The notes beneath the pieces were generated by a model. It did not search any database and had not been told where the DNA came from. It saw nothing but the letters and a program-made list of their open reading frames with translations. 64,000 nt of DNA. Source: Promethearchaeia archaeon. Lineage in GTDB: Archaea; Asgardarchaeota; Lokiarchaeia; Sigyniarchaeales; SOKP01. Shown here piece after piece: positions 10,542-20,915 of this stretch. The stretch lies in NCBI GenBank assembly GCA_029856155.1, contig JAHQWL010000092.1, forward strand, positions 1 to 64,000, in the 5' to 3' direction. Positions within the stretch are counted from its first letter, which is position 1, and each line of letters starts with the position of its first letter. The translations under genes and the position numbers were made by a program.

Positions 10542-11426
10542 CTAATTACGCCTCTTGTTGCTATTCTCTACTAATGCTTTTACGATACGTGGTATCACTT
10601 CACGAGGAAAACTATGTCCCATTCCATCTACAAGCAATAATTCAGCTCCAGGTATGGTTGAAGCAATCTCTTTACCAGCTTCAACAGAGTTAAATGGATC
10701 TTCTTTTCCATGAATGACTAAAGTTGGTGCTTTTATTGAAGAGATTAATGGCTGAATATTGCCAGGTACAGCCATTGCTGCCATTTGGCGAGCTATGCCT
10801 TCAGGATAATAACTTCTATCGTATTCCTTTGTTCGGTATTCCCTTCCTTGGACTTCATCATACTCGAATTTACCATAAATTAGACTATCGCGCTTGACCA
10901 TTTCTTCAATATATGCTTCGCGTTCGGCAGGAACAGGTGCAAAGAATTGAGCCATGACTTCTGGTTTCGCTTGTGGTAAAGCAGGATTCCCCGTCGTACT
11001 TATGATTACAGTTAAAGATAGCACTCGAGATGGATGTCTATATCCTATAATTTGTGCGATCAATCCCCCCATAGAAGCACCGCAAATGTGTGCTTTCTCT
11101 ATATTCAAAGCGTCTAAAACACCAATAGCATCATCCGCCATGGCCTCTAAAGTATATGGAAGCCTGGGTATTTCTCCACGTGTATAGGCAGCAGCAATCT
11201 CCATCATGTCTGGTATACCCGCTTCTTCAAATTTTGTTGACAAACCTACATCTCGATTGTCGAATCTGATGACAAAGAAGCCATTTTCGGCAAATTTATC
11301 ACAAAACTCATCCGACCAAGCAAGAAGTTGGCTTCCCAAGCCCGCTATTAATAACAACGGTTTTGAATTAGGATCCCCAATTGTCTCATATTCAATTTTG
11401 ATATTATTTACATACGCTTTTGGCAT
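10542..11426 (-). CDS. Alpha/beta hydrolase
   Basis: RFDNRDVGLS, GASMGG nucleophile elbow, HGKEDP, GMGH. Confidence 0.92.
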   Translation of the reverse strand: MPKAYVNNIKIEYETIGDPNSKPLLLIAGLGSQLLAWSDEFCDKFAENGFFVIRFDNRDVGLSTKFEEAGIPDMMEIAAAYTRGEIPRLPYTLEAMADDAIGVLDALNIEKAHICGASMGGLIAQIIGYRHPSRVLSLTVIISTTGNPALPQAKPEVMAQFFAPVPAEREAYIEEMVKRDSLIYGKFEYDEVQGREYRTKEYDRSYYPEGIARQMAAMAVPGNIQPLISSIKAPTLVIHGKEDPFNSVEAGKEIASTIPGAELLLVDGMGHSFPREVIPRIVKALVENSNKRRN

Positions 11427-11470
11427 GATATTTAACAGTATTAAATTATCTATTAATAATTAATTTTTAT

Positions 11471-12526
11471 TTACACTAAAATATCTGAGGTTATTTCTTG
11501 TAATGATTTACAGTTTGTCATTCTCATCGCTTTAGCTAAAGTTTTTTGCATATATTCCATATGAATTTGTACACCTTTAATTCCTGCCCCAACAGATGCT
11601 CGAATAATGTCTCGCCCAATTAGAACAGATTCAGCTCCCAGCGCTAGCATTTTCAACACATCGTATCCCGTACGGATACCTCCATCGACGATAATTTTAA
11701 TCTTTCCTTTAAGTTCTTCAACTATACTGGGTAAAATTTCAGCAGTTCCAGGAGTATGATCTAAAACTCTTCCTCCATGATTTGATATTACAATAGCAGC
11801 AGCTCCTGCGTCTTTAGCAGCAAAAGCATCTTCAACACTCATTATTCCTTTAATAACTACTGGAAGATTTGTAGAAGAAACTAATTCTTTAAGATCTTCA
11901 ATTGATTTCTTATAAACTGGTTTATTATGTGTTGCCATTGCATATGAACCACATCCATCTACATCTATACCAACAGCAACACATCTAACCTCTTCAGCTT
12001 TATTAAAAAATTTCATTATTGTACTCTGGTCTCTTGGTTTCACAATTTTAACACCCCATCCTCCCGCTTCAGCAATAGCATTAAGTCCATAAGAATTTTC
12101 AAGTGAATATGTATAAGTATCTCCTCTCCATCCTATTGTTCCAGCATTTCTACAGCCAAGAACTACAGAACGACAAAAATCTTCTTCTGATATGACATTT
12201 TCTCCACCAAAACTATTAACACCTGCGACACTTGCAGCCATTATTGGCATGGGCAATTCTTTTCCAAAAAAATTATATCTAGTGTCAGGTGAAAAATCTT
12301 CATTGATTAATTTCATTTTCAAATTGTATTTTCTTAAAGCCAAGAAATTATTATTAAAACTGGTACCACTTCCAATTCCACCGATACCAAGAGCCCTACC
12401 ATAACTTTGGCCTTGACAAAGTCTATTTGGATCCCCATCACATTCTTTATAGACCCCACATATTCCTTTTAATTTTTCTCTAGCAATATTGCGAACATCT
12501 TCTACAGTTTTAATATCCTTATTCAT
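11471..12526 (-). CDS. FMN-dependent alpha-hydroxy-acid dehydrogenase/oxidase family
   Basis: IKGI, SNHGGRVLD, DGGIRTG.DV.KMLALGA, IGR motifs. Confidence 0.9.
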   Translation of the reverse strand: MNKDIKTVEDVRNIAREKLKGICGVYKECDGDPNRLCQGQSYGRALGIGGIGSGTSFNNNFLALRKYNLKMKLINEDFSPDTRYNFFGKELPMPIMAASVAGVNSFGGENVISEEDFCRSVVLGCRNAGTIGWRGDTYTYSLENSYGLNAIAEAGGWGVKIVKPRDQSTIMKFFNKAEEVRCVAVGIDVDGCGSYAMATHNKPVYKKSIEDLKELVSSTNLPVVIKGIMSVEDAFAAKDAGAAAIVISNHGGRVLDHTPGTAEILPSIVEELKGKIKIIVDGGIRTGYDVLKMLALGAESVLIGRDIIRASVGAGIKGVQIHMEYMQKTLAKAMRMTNCKSLQEITSDILV

Positions 12527-12541
12527 ATTTTCACCTAGCGA

Positions 12542-13921
12542 TTAAACCATTTTTTTAGGATCTAATAGTTCATCGAGGTTATCTATTTTTAATCCCATCT
12601 CTTTTATAATAGTTTTAAGATTCTTTCCTTCGTTAAATGCTCGTTGTGCTATTTCAGAACATTTATCATAACCAATAATAGGAGTTAGATTTGTAACAAG
12701 CATAAGCATCTGTTCTAATTGTTTATTAATTTGTTGAGTATTAGCTTCCAAATTTAATAAACAGTTATCGATAAATGAATTAATACCTCCAATTAGTATA
12801 TCAATAGATTCAAGTAAGTTTATAATCATAACGGGTTTACACACATTCAAATCTAATATACTGCCATATGCCTCTCCAAATGAAACTACAGAATCATTTC
12901 CTATCACCTGTAAACATACCTGAATTAATGCTTCGGATTGAGTGGGATTTAATTTACCCGGCATTATTGATGATCCAGGTTCATTTTGAGGTAATTTTAA
13001 TTCAGATAATCCCGCGCGAGGCCCACTCCCCATCCAGCGAATGTCATTAGCCATCTTTAATAACGATAAAACTAATAAACGCAAATTACTACTAACTCTC
13101 ACAATTGTATTATGTGAAGCAATTCCTTCTGCTTTTACTGGATTAACTTTAAAAGGCAGATCAGTAATTTTTGAGAGATGAGAAACAGTAAGTTTAGCAA
13201 AATCCTTGTGTGCATTCAATCCTGTTCCTAATGCTGTACCACCTATTGGAATATAATACAATTCATTGCATGTTTTTTCTAATCTTTGTATATTAGTTTC
13301 GATTTGTTTCTTATAAACTTCAAATTCTAAAGATAAAGGGATTGGAACGGCATCTTGCAAATGTGTTCTTCCTACTTTAACAATATCTTTAAATTCTTCA
13401 ATTTTTTTATGTAGATGTTCTTTTAATTTATCTAATATAGGAAACAGTTTTTTTATCATAAGTAAAGAAGATAAATGCATCGTACTAGGGATCACATCAT
13501 TAGAAGATTGACTTTTATTTACGTGATCATTCGGGTGTACTGGATATTTTTTACCTATTGGATATCCTAAAATTTCATTTGCTCGATTTGCTAAAACTTC
13601 ATTCATATTCATATTAGTTTGAGTTCCTGACCCAGTTTGAAAAATATCAATAGGAAACTGATCAAGATGTTTATTCTCTTCTATAATTTCATTAATAGCT
13701 TTAAGAATAGCGTTTGCATTTTCTTTATCAATCAATTCCAATTCTAAATTTGCTAATAGACAAGCTTTTTTTAGTTGGGCTAATGATGTAATAAATATCT
13801 TAGGAAAAGTCTTACCACTTATTTGAAAATTTTTGATTGCTCTCTGAGTATTTATTCCCCAATATACATTATTAGGGACTTCCATTTCTCCTAAGACATC
13901 CTTTTCGATACGAAAACTCAA
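12542..13921 (-). CDS. fumC: Class II fumarate hydratase
   Basis: QTGSGTQTNMN, HPNDHVN, SSND, GRTHLQDA, GSSIMPGK.NPTQ. Confidence 0.93.
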   Translation of the reverse strand: MSFRIEKDVLGEMEVPNNVYWGINTQRAIKNFQISGKTFPKIFITSLAQLKKACLLANLELELIDKENANAILKAINEIIEENKHLDQFPIDIFQTGSGTQTNMNMNEVLANRANEILGYPIGKKYPVHPNDHVNKSQSSNDVIPSTMHLSSLLMIKKLFPILDKLKEHLHKKIEEFKDIVKVGRTHLQDAVPIPLSLEFEVYKKQIETNIQRLEKTCNELYYIPIGGTALGTGLNAHKDFAKLTVSHLSKITDLPFKVNPVKAEGIASHNTIVRVSSNLRLLVLSLLKMANDIRWMGSGPRAGLSELKLPQNEPGSSIMPGKLNPTQSEALIQVCLQVIGNDSVVSFGEAYGSILDLNVCKPVMIINLLESIDILIGGINSFIDNCLLNLEANTQQINKQLEQMLMLVTNLTPIIGYDKCSEIAQRAFNEGKNLKTIIKEMGLKIDNLDELLDPKKMV

Positions 13922-14114
13922 AATCTCTCACGTTATAAATTAATCTTTAATATCTTAATTAGAAAGAATATATAAAAAAAGTTTATACTAATTTAAAATA
14001 AATAGCACAAAAATCAATATAATACAAATAAAAACTAAAAATTTAATATTCAACCATTATTTCTACATTTATCCAGTTAGCAATAGTTAACAATCTTGAA
14101 CTTAAATATTCTGT

Positions 14115-14882
14115 GTGTTCCATATGGCTTATTCTGATAATGATTGGAAAGATATCATACCTTATATTCCTCCTGGATACGATAAAAAACAGTATAATGT
14201 TGTATTTGATCAACATTCACATACAATATTTAGTGATGGGGCACTTACAATTAAACAAAATGTTGAGTGGCATATAGCAATGGGTTATAATGCGTTAGCA
14301 ATAACAGATCATAATAATATGCGTCATTTAGAAAAGATTGATAAGGTAAGAGAGGAATATGCTAAGAAAGATATCATAATTTTAAGTGGAATTGAATGGA
14401 CTACTCGCAGAATTCATTTAAATTTTCTAGGTGTGTCAAATTGGGACACTAACATATCTAGAACTAAGGATGATAGAATTATTGAAGCGATTGAAACCGC
14501 TCATGATCAAGGAGGTATTGTTGTTTGTAATCATATTCCTTGGAGCCTTTATGAATTCAATATGAAAACCCATCCCTCTCGCGAGACTTTATTAGATTGG
14601 GGCATAGATTATATTGAAATTATTAATGATGATTGTCAACCTGAAAATGTTTATGATCAAGAGTCCTATGATTTTTGTTTACAACATACTGGTAAAATAG
14701 GCATGATTACTGGTACAGATATGCATAGTCCAGATGGTTTAGCAAGTGGAGGAGTACACGGATGGACTTATATGAATGTCAAAGAATTTACAGTAGAAGC
14801 ATTAATGGAGGAATTAAAAAAGAAAAATACCAAAATTATCTATTCTAATACCCCTTATTTAGATCTAGGGATTCATAAATAG
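14115..14882 (+). CDS. PHP-domain metallophosphoesterase
   Basis: DQHSHT.FSDG, ITDHN, GIEWT, H, NH and GTDMH metal ligands. Confidence 0.88.
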   Translation: MFHMAYSDNDWKDIIPYIPPGYDKKQYNVVFDQHSHTIFSDGALTIKQNVEWHIAMGYNALAITDHNNMRHLEKIDKVREEYAKKDIIILSGIEWTTRRIHLNFLGVSNWDTNISRTKDDRIIEAIETAHDQGGIVVCNHIPWSLYEFNMKTHPSRETLLDWGIDYIEIINDDCQPENVYDQESYDFCLQHTGKIGMITGTDMHSPDGLASGGVHGWTYMNVKEFTVEALMEELKKKNTKIIYSNTPYLDLGIHK

Positions 14883-14913
14883 AAAATTTTGAAAAATATT
14901 ATGAATAATAACC

Positions 14914-15957
14914 CTAATAATATCCCATTTTTTCTGTTATTGATTTAGCTATGCTTAAGTTTCGGATTGCTAATTCTAGTGGATCCCAGGGAGTTTCACA
15001 TCCCATCGAATACATATATAATCCCCCAGGCTTCCCAGCCTCAATTGTTTTTGTTATTTCTTTGATTACTCTTGAAACTGAATATTTCAGACTTCCTAAG
15101 ATTTGAGTATTTGTATTTCCTCGTATACAGTTATTTTTACCAATTTTTTCTTTAGCTAATTTCAGATCTACTTGATAATCCAAATCTAGAATGGCAGCTT
15201 TTGTACTTGAAACTAATTTTAACATATCTCTTCCTTCTTTATCGACTACGGAATTATCACCACATATGTGATATAATACTGGGACATCCTTTTGAATATA
15301 ATCAAAAAGCTTTTTAGTGGCACCTATGCAACACTTTTCATATCTCATAGGTCCAATTTGTGAAATAGCTGAATCACCTGCACCTATTATATCTGCACCT
15401 GCTTCAATCTGTAATTTAGCGAATTCTTTTTGAATTGGAAGTATTCTAGTTATTAACTTCTTTATTATATCAACCCAATCAAGATTTTTACATTGTAAAA
15501 GAACATTTATTAGACCGAATAAACAACAAATCTCAGCGAATGGAGCTTCAATCCAACCTATAATACATTGATTTCCACCAATTTTATCTGAAAATTTTTT
15601 AACCGCATTAACTCTATTCATAATTCTTGGATTTTTGAGTATAGAAGGTGTTTCTATTGATTCAAAATCCTCAATTGAAAGATATGTTTTCGCAACGGGG
15701 GTATGGCTCTCCCAATCAATCTCAACACCCCACGCGTTCGCTTCTCTATATGCATCAGTAGACACATTCACATGATCAATACCAAAAAATTCAGCACATT
15801 TGATTTGTGAATCAACTAAAACATCTGGCTTTTGACAATAATCATGAGTATAATCTACATTCGCTAATGATGCCGCCATATGCATAATAAAAGGATTAAA
15901 AGGTATTTTCTCAGGTATTCCTTTAATTGCTGAAAGAGTTAATTCCTTTGAATTCAT
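14914..15957 (-). CDS. UroD/MtaA-CmuA family protein (MT2-like methylcobalamin:thiol methyltransferase fold)
   Basis: EAPF, Q.EAGAD, HICG and C-terminal GCE Zn-ligand motifs. Confidence 0.8.
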   Translation of the reverse strand: MNSKELTLSAIKGIPEKIPFNPFIMHMAASLANVDYTHDYCQKPDVLVDSQIKCAEFFGIDHVNVSTDAYREANAWGVEIDWESHTPVAKTYLSIEDFESIETPSILKNPRIMNRVNAVKKFSDKIGGNQCIIGWIEAPFAEICCLFGLINVLLQCKNLDWVDIIKKLITRILPIQKEFAKLQIEAGADIIGAGDSAISQIGPMRYEKCCIGATKKLFDYIQKDVPVLYHICGDNSVVDKEGRDMLKLVSSTKAAILDLDYQVDLKLAKEKIGKNNCIRGNTNTQILGSLKYSVSRVIKEITKTIEAGKPGGLYMYSMGCETPWDPLELAIRNLSIAKSITEKMGYY

Positions 15958-16052
15958 TATAATTATATAATATTAAGTTGCATATTATGATTTAACTAAT
16001 ACTAAGCTGTATTGTTTAATTAAAATATGTGATCACAATCTATTTCTACTAG

Positions 16053-17477
16053 TTATAAACCCATTTCTTTTAGTTTTTGCATTATTTCTTGCTTTTTTTT
16101 ACCTTTCAAATCAAACCACTTATAAAAAATAATGGTTCCTACTAAACAAAATAGAAAGGGAAAAACACCTTGAATCAATCGCAGTCCCAATAATGCGTCG
16201 TAGGTATGTGTTGGATTATTTGGATTATAAAATGTAACTGCATGAATAATCGCTACTATGAAACTTTGAATTAATAAAGAAATGCGAATAAAGACGTTTC
16301 TAAAACCTACTAATGTAGCTTCATAATGTTTTTTAGTCTTTACGGTGACTTCATCATAACAATCAGCTAAAACGGGGGATAACATAATAGTAAACATAGC
16401 GGCAGACATACCAGTCAAAAAATTAACTATATAGAATCCTAAGATATTTGAAACAAAGGAATATAATAATAAACTAATTCCGAATGATAATAGACCAACT
16501 GTATATAAACGGGAATGTCCAATTTTTTTTGCAACGTAAATCCATATAGGCATTGTTATTATGGAAGCTGTTAACATAAAAACTGATCCAATTGTTCTAA
16601 TAAATTGTTCCTCTTGTAAAACATCATCTACAAAATTGATAGTATTCATACTCATTAATCCTAATGCTATCATAAAAATAATATAAGTAAAAATGGCTAG
16701 CATAAAGTTTTTTTGTTTAATTGCCATTTTCATTGTCCAAATGAACGATTTTTTCTCTTCAGTTTCATAACTAGTAATGAAACGTTCTTTTATCACATCT
16801 GTTTCTTTTGAACCAGGGATAAAAATCGCTAGAGATACTCCAAGCATTATAAAACTTAAAAAGGCAGCTATTGTAAAAGTGGAAGAATTCCCAGGAACAA
16901 TAATTTGTGACCATAAGGTGATTGTTATAAAATTTGCTATAAAAATAAAAATTTGAGTTATCATGCCTGCCTTCCTTCGGATATTATCTCCTCGGAAATG
17001 AGCTGGGAAAGCTCCAAAAGAATGCGTTTGAAAAAGTGAATTAGAAATGTCGTATAAAAAGACTATAATTAAATAATATAATAGAACTGGAAATACACTT
17101 TGTATCCCTATTATGTTTGGTGGTGTGAAGAGTAGGAAAAAGAAAACCATAGTTGGAATACCTCCAATAACAATCCAAGGGGTATGAAACCCTAATTTCT
17201 CTGTCCATTTATTTGGTTTATCAGTGAGATACCCTATAACAGGGCTACTTACTATACTGAAAATTGTAAAAATCACATTGGCTACTGCAAGATAAATTGG
17301 CCATAAAGTAGTAATATCTATTAAACCAAGTTCGCTCTCGTAATAATGCCAAACAAAGTTGTTAAAGGCAACAATTAGAAATCCATTAAAGAAATAACCC
17401 ATAGAAAACATTATCATTTTCAATGTATTTGGGTCTTCATTGTTTTTTGGATATGAAGGTTTTTTTAAATTATTCAA
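16053..17477 (-). CDS. MFS transporter, GPH/MelB-like family
   Basis: About 12 hydrophobic segments; P.IGYLTD and LADCYDE GPH motifs; TTG start. Confidence 0.88.
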   Translation of the reverse strand: MNNLKKPSYPKNNEDPNTLKMIMFSMGYFFNGFLIVAFNNFVWHYYESELGLIDITTLWPIYLAVANVIFTIFSIVSSPVIGYLTDKPNKWTEKLGFHTPWIVIGGIPTMVFFFLLFTPPNIIGIQSVFPVLLYYLIIVFLYDISNSLFQTHSFGAFPAHFRGDNIRRKAGMITQIFIFIANFITITLWSQIIVPGNSSTFTIAAFLSFIMLGVSLAIFIPGSKETDVIKERFITSYETEEKKSFIWTMKMAIKQKNFMLAIFTYIIFMIALGLMSMNTINFVDDVLQEEQFIRTIGSVFMLTASIITMPIWIYVAKKIGHSRLYTVGLLSFGISLLLYSFVSNILGFYIVNFLTGMSAAMFTIMLSPVLADCYDEVTVKTKKHYEATLVGFRNVFIRISLLIQSFIVAIIHAVTFYNPNNPTHTYDALLGLRLIQGVFPFLFCLVGTIIFYKWFDLKGKKKQEIMQKLKEMGL

Positions 17478-17686
17478 AATAACTCCAGTTTTGTGTTTTT
17501 TTGATATTAATTATTTCGTTTAAAGCTTTATTAACCTAATCTTATTAAAGGTGAGAAGTAAATATTCTAAACAAATTTTGCAAAATAATTTAGATTATTA
17601 GAAGAAATTATTAATTGTCAATAGACCTATGGAGGTTTCTCACATAATTAAAGAAATTTTATAAATTAAATTAAATTTCTTTAAAA

Positions 17687-18298
17687 ATGATTAAAAGGTT
17701 CTATCCATCCTCATTATACAATTTTCTTTGGTTTATACAAACTAATCCTGCGAAAAAAAAAATATTAGATTGTGGGGCTGGTGGAAGAGACCCTAAACTG
17801 GCCTTTTTTTATGAAAATGGTTTTGAAACATATGGAATTGATATTTCAGATGAAGAGATAAACGATGCACAAATTTTCTGTGAAAAGAATGGTATAAATT
17901 TAAGGATTGTTAAAGGAGACATGAGAAATATTCCTTTTGACTCCAATTTCTTCGGGTATGTTTTTTCCTATCTATCAATGGTTCATTTAAGTAAAAAAGA
18001 CACTGCAATTGCTATTAATGAAATGCATCGCGTTTTAATGATAGGAGGATTATGTTATTTGAATTTCCTCTCAAAAGATGATGCTAATTTCGATGAAAAA
18101 AAAGAATCAACTCACGGAGAAATTATAAGTATTCACGAAAACCAAGAATATATTCATAGTTATTATGATAATGACGAACCTGATGAATACTTCAAAAAGT
18201 TTGAGATACTTTATAAAGAAAAAAGACTCATTCTAAGTGGTAAATATTATAATACTGGTCGGACATGTATCCTCGATTATATTTTAAAAAAGCAATAA
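17687..18298 (+). CDS. Class I SAM-dependent methyltransferase
   Basis: ILDCGAGG, GIDIS, GDMR.IPF, E..RVL..GG. Confidence 0.9.
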   Translation: MIKRFYPSSLYNFLWFIQTNPAKKKILDCGAGGRDPKLAFFYENGFETYGIDISDEEINDAQIFCEKNGINLRIVKGDMRNIPFDSNFFGYVFSYLSMVHLSKKDTAIAINEMHRVLMIGGLCYLNFLSKDDANFDEKKESTHGEIISIHENQEYIHSYYDNDEPDEYFKKFEILYKEKRLILSGKYYNTGRTCILDYILKKQ

Positions 18299-18383
18299 TA
18301 AATCATAAATAAAAAACATAGATTATTTTTTTCTATAATACAAAAAGTTTTACAGTTAAATGTAATTTTAACTCTAAATAATT

Positions 18384-19493
18384 ATGATTAATACATTTTA
18401 TGAAAAGCTCGCCAAATTAGTAGTCAATTATTCTCTTAATGTTAAGAAAGGAGATCGCGTACTTATTGAAGGCCCAACTATAGCAAAAGAACTTTTCCAA
18501 GCTCTTTTTTTAGAAGTTCTAAAAATGGGTGGCCATCCCTTAGCAATGCCGCGAATTGAAGGTCTCAGTGAACTGTTGTTTAAAAATGCATCTGAAGAAC
18601 AATTATTATATTTTCACAATCTACTTAAATTAACTAATACAGAATTTGATTGTATAATAACTATTGATGGAGAATATAATACTCGAAACCTAGCATTAAT
18701 TGATCCAAAAGCAGTGGCAAAGTACCAAAGTTCTCCTGATCGAACAGAATATATTCGAGTTTTTGAGGAACGTACTTCTAAAAAGGAATTAAGATGGATT
18801 TATGTCCCTGTTCCATGTCATGCTTATGCTCAAGAAGCAAATATGGATTTATTTTCTTACTCAAATTTTGTAGAAAATGCGTTATTTTTAGATAAAGAGA
18901 ACCCGATTGAAGAATGGCAGAATATGGAAAAAGAACAAGACAAGATTGTAGAGAATTTAAATGATACTAAAAATATCAGGGTTATTGGTGAGGATACAGA
19001 ATTAACCTTTTCATTAGAGGGGAGAATATGGGATAATTGTTGTGGGAAAGAAAATTTACCGGATGGGGAGATTTATACATGTCCAGTTGAAGATTCTGTA
19101 AATGGACATATTAGGCTCAGTTATCCAGGAATCTATATGGGAAGAGAAATCGAAAATATTTTTTTAGAATTTAAAGATGGAGTGGTTATTAATGCTACAG
19201 CTGACAAGGGTCAGGAATTACTAGAAGAGATATTAAAAATAGAAAACGCTGACAAAATAGGTGAATTTGCTATTGGTACTAATTATGGAATTACACAATT
19301 TACAAAAAATATTGGATTTGACGAAAAAATTGGTGGGACTTTACATATTGCATTAGGACATGGTTTTAAAAATATTGGATCAAAAAATGAAAGTGCGATA
19401 CATTGGGATATTCTAAAAGATATGAAAATCCCTGGTTCAAAAATTATAGCAGACAATAAAATAATATATGAAGAAGGAAAATGGCAGATTTAG
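18384..19493 (+). CDS. Aminopeptidase, M29 (AmpS/AmpT) family
   Basis: NLPDGE, GEFAIG, FDEKIGGT.HIALG, SAIHWD. Confidence 0.93.
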   Translation: MINTFYEKLAKLVVNYSLNVKKGDRVLIEGPTIAKELFQALFLEVLKMGGHPLAMPRIEGLSELLFKNASEEQLLYFHNLLKLTNTEFDCIITIDGEYNTRNLALIDPKAVAKYQSSPDRTEYIRVFEERTSKKELRWIYVPVPCHAYAQEANMDLFSYSNFVENALFLDKENPIEEWQNMEKEQDKIVENLNDTKNIRVIGEDTELTFSLEGRIWDNCCGKENLPDGEIYTCPVEDSVNGHIRLSYPGIYMGREIENIFLEFKDGVVINATADKGQELLEEILKIENADKIGEFAIGTNYGITQFTKNIGFDEKIGGTLHIALGHGFKNIGSKNESAIHWDILKDMKIPGSKIIADNKIIYEEGKWQI

Positions 19494-19682
19494 AGATTCA
19501 TCTTTAGATTTGTTCTTGTAGATTCCTACATAATTCTGATAACGTTGGATGAGCATAAATTAAGTTTCTGAAAATTGATAATTCATTTGGAATGTAAATT
19601 AAAGCAACTATTCCAAGTATCAATTCCCTTTTTTCATGTTTTTAGTAAAAATATAATTTAACATGTAAGATTTTATAATATT

Positions 19683-20855
19683 ATGAGAAATGAAATCGAA
19701 ACTATAGAATTAACTCCTATTCATGTTCCTTTCAAGGATGCTGTCAGAGAAGCAATGAAACAATCTGAGGGAGGTTTGGGAATGGCTATTGCTGCAGAAG
19801 AGGCATGGCTAGGCGGTGATTTCGTAATTTGCAAGCTTATTACTAGAGGGGGCAACATTGGTATTGGTGAATCTTTTCTCTGGCTCCCAGAATCTGGTGT
19901 GTCTCCTTATCAAGTTATTGACTCTATTAAAAATTGCTTGGGTAAGTATTTATTGGGTGAGAGTCCTTTCAATATTGAAAAAATTAATTATAGGATGGAT
20001 ATCAATCTTGCTAATAATGAGATAGCTAAAGGCATATTAGACATGGCATGCTATGATCTTATGGGTCAAATTACCGATAGTTCCGTTTGTGAATTAATAG
20101 GTGGGAAAAACGTAGTAGAAATCCCACTAGCTGCCTTAATTCCCCTTGGAGAACCTATATTGATGAAAGGCATTACACGATCTTACTTTAAAAAAGGATT
20201 CAAAACTTTTAGACTCAAATTAGGAAAAGGAGTACAAGAAGATAAGGAGATAATTGAAACAATTAGAAACACTTTCGGTGTTAAAATTAGGTTAAGAGTA
20301 GATTATAATCAAGCTTATTCTCCGTCTATGGCTGTTAGAGCAATAAAAGAAATCGAACCTTTTGGTATTGATTATGCTGAACAACCAGTAAGAGCCGATG
20401 ATTATATAGGGATGGCTTATGTTCAAAAAAGAGTTGATACGCCATTAATGGCACATGAAGGTTTTTTCTCAATTAAAGATTTTATATCATTAGTGGAATT
20501 AGGCGCAGTTAGGGTTTTAGGGATTAACTCAGAACGCCCTGGTGGAGTAACAAAAGCATTAAAAGCATTCAATTACGCTAAAATGCGGGGTCTTGGTGTT
20601 GTTTTACATAATCAACCTTTAGGAATTGCTTCAGCTATGCATATTCATTTTCACATAGCAAAATTTCATTATATTGATTATGCAACTGAATTATTTGGTC
20701 AAGAAATGTTAATAGATGACCTTATTCTAAACCCGATTAATTATAGCAACGGTATGGCAAAATTACCGGAAGGTCCAGGCTGGGGTGTAAAATTAGATGA
20801 AATTGCTTTAGAAAGATATGCTACAGGAGAAACTATAATTCTTAAAAAAAAATAA
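19683..20855 (+). CDS. Enolase-superfamily (MR/MLE) enzyme with atypical active site
   Basis: GIGES, D.A.YDL.G, VDYNQ, EQP, P.GPGWGV. Confidence 0.88.
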   Translation: MRNEIETIELTPIHVPFKDAVREAMKQSEGGLGMAIAAEEAWLGGDFVICKLITRGGNIGIGESFLWLPESGVSPYQVIDSIKNCLGKYLLGESPFNIEKINYRMDINLANNEIAKGILDMACYDLMGQITDSSVCELIGGKNVVEIPLAALIPLGEPILMKGITRSYFKKGFKTFRLKLGKGVQEDKEIIETIRNTFGVKIRLRVDYNQAYSPSMAVRAIKEIEPFGIDYAEQPVRADDYIGMAYVQKRVDTPLMAHEGFFSIKDFISLVELGAVRVLGINSERPGGVTKALKAFNYAKMRGLGVVLHNQPLGIASAMHIHFHIAKFHYIDYATELFGQEMLIDDLILNPINYSNGMAKLPEGPGWGVKLDEIALERYATGETIILKKK

Positions 20856-20915
20856 CCATCCTATAAAAAATTAAATAAACTAATATCAAAATTAAATTAA
20901 TTAATTATATTTTAA

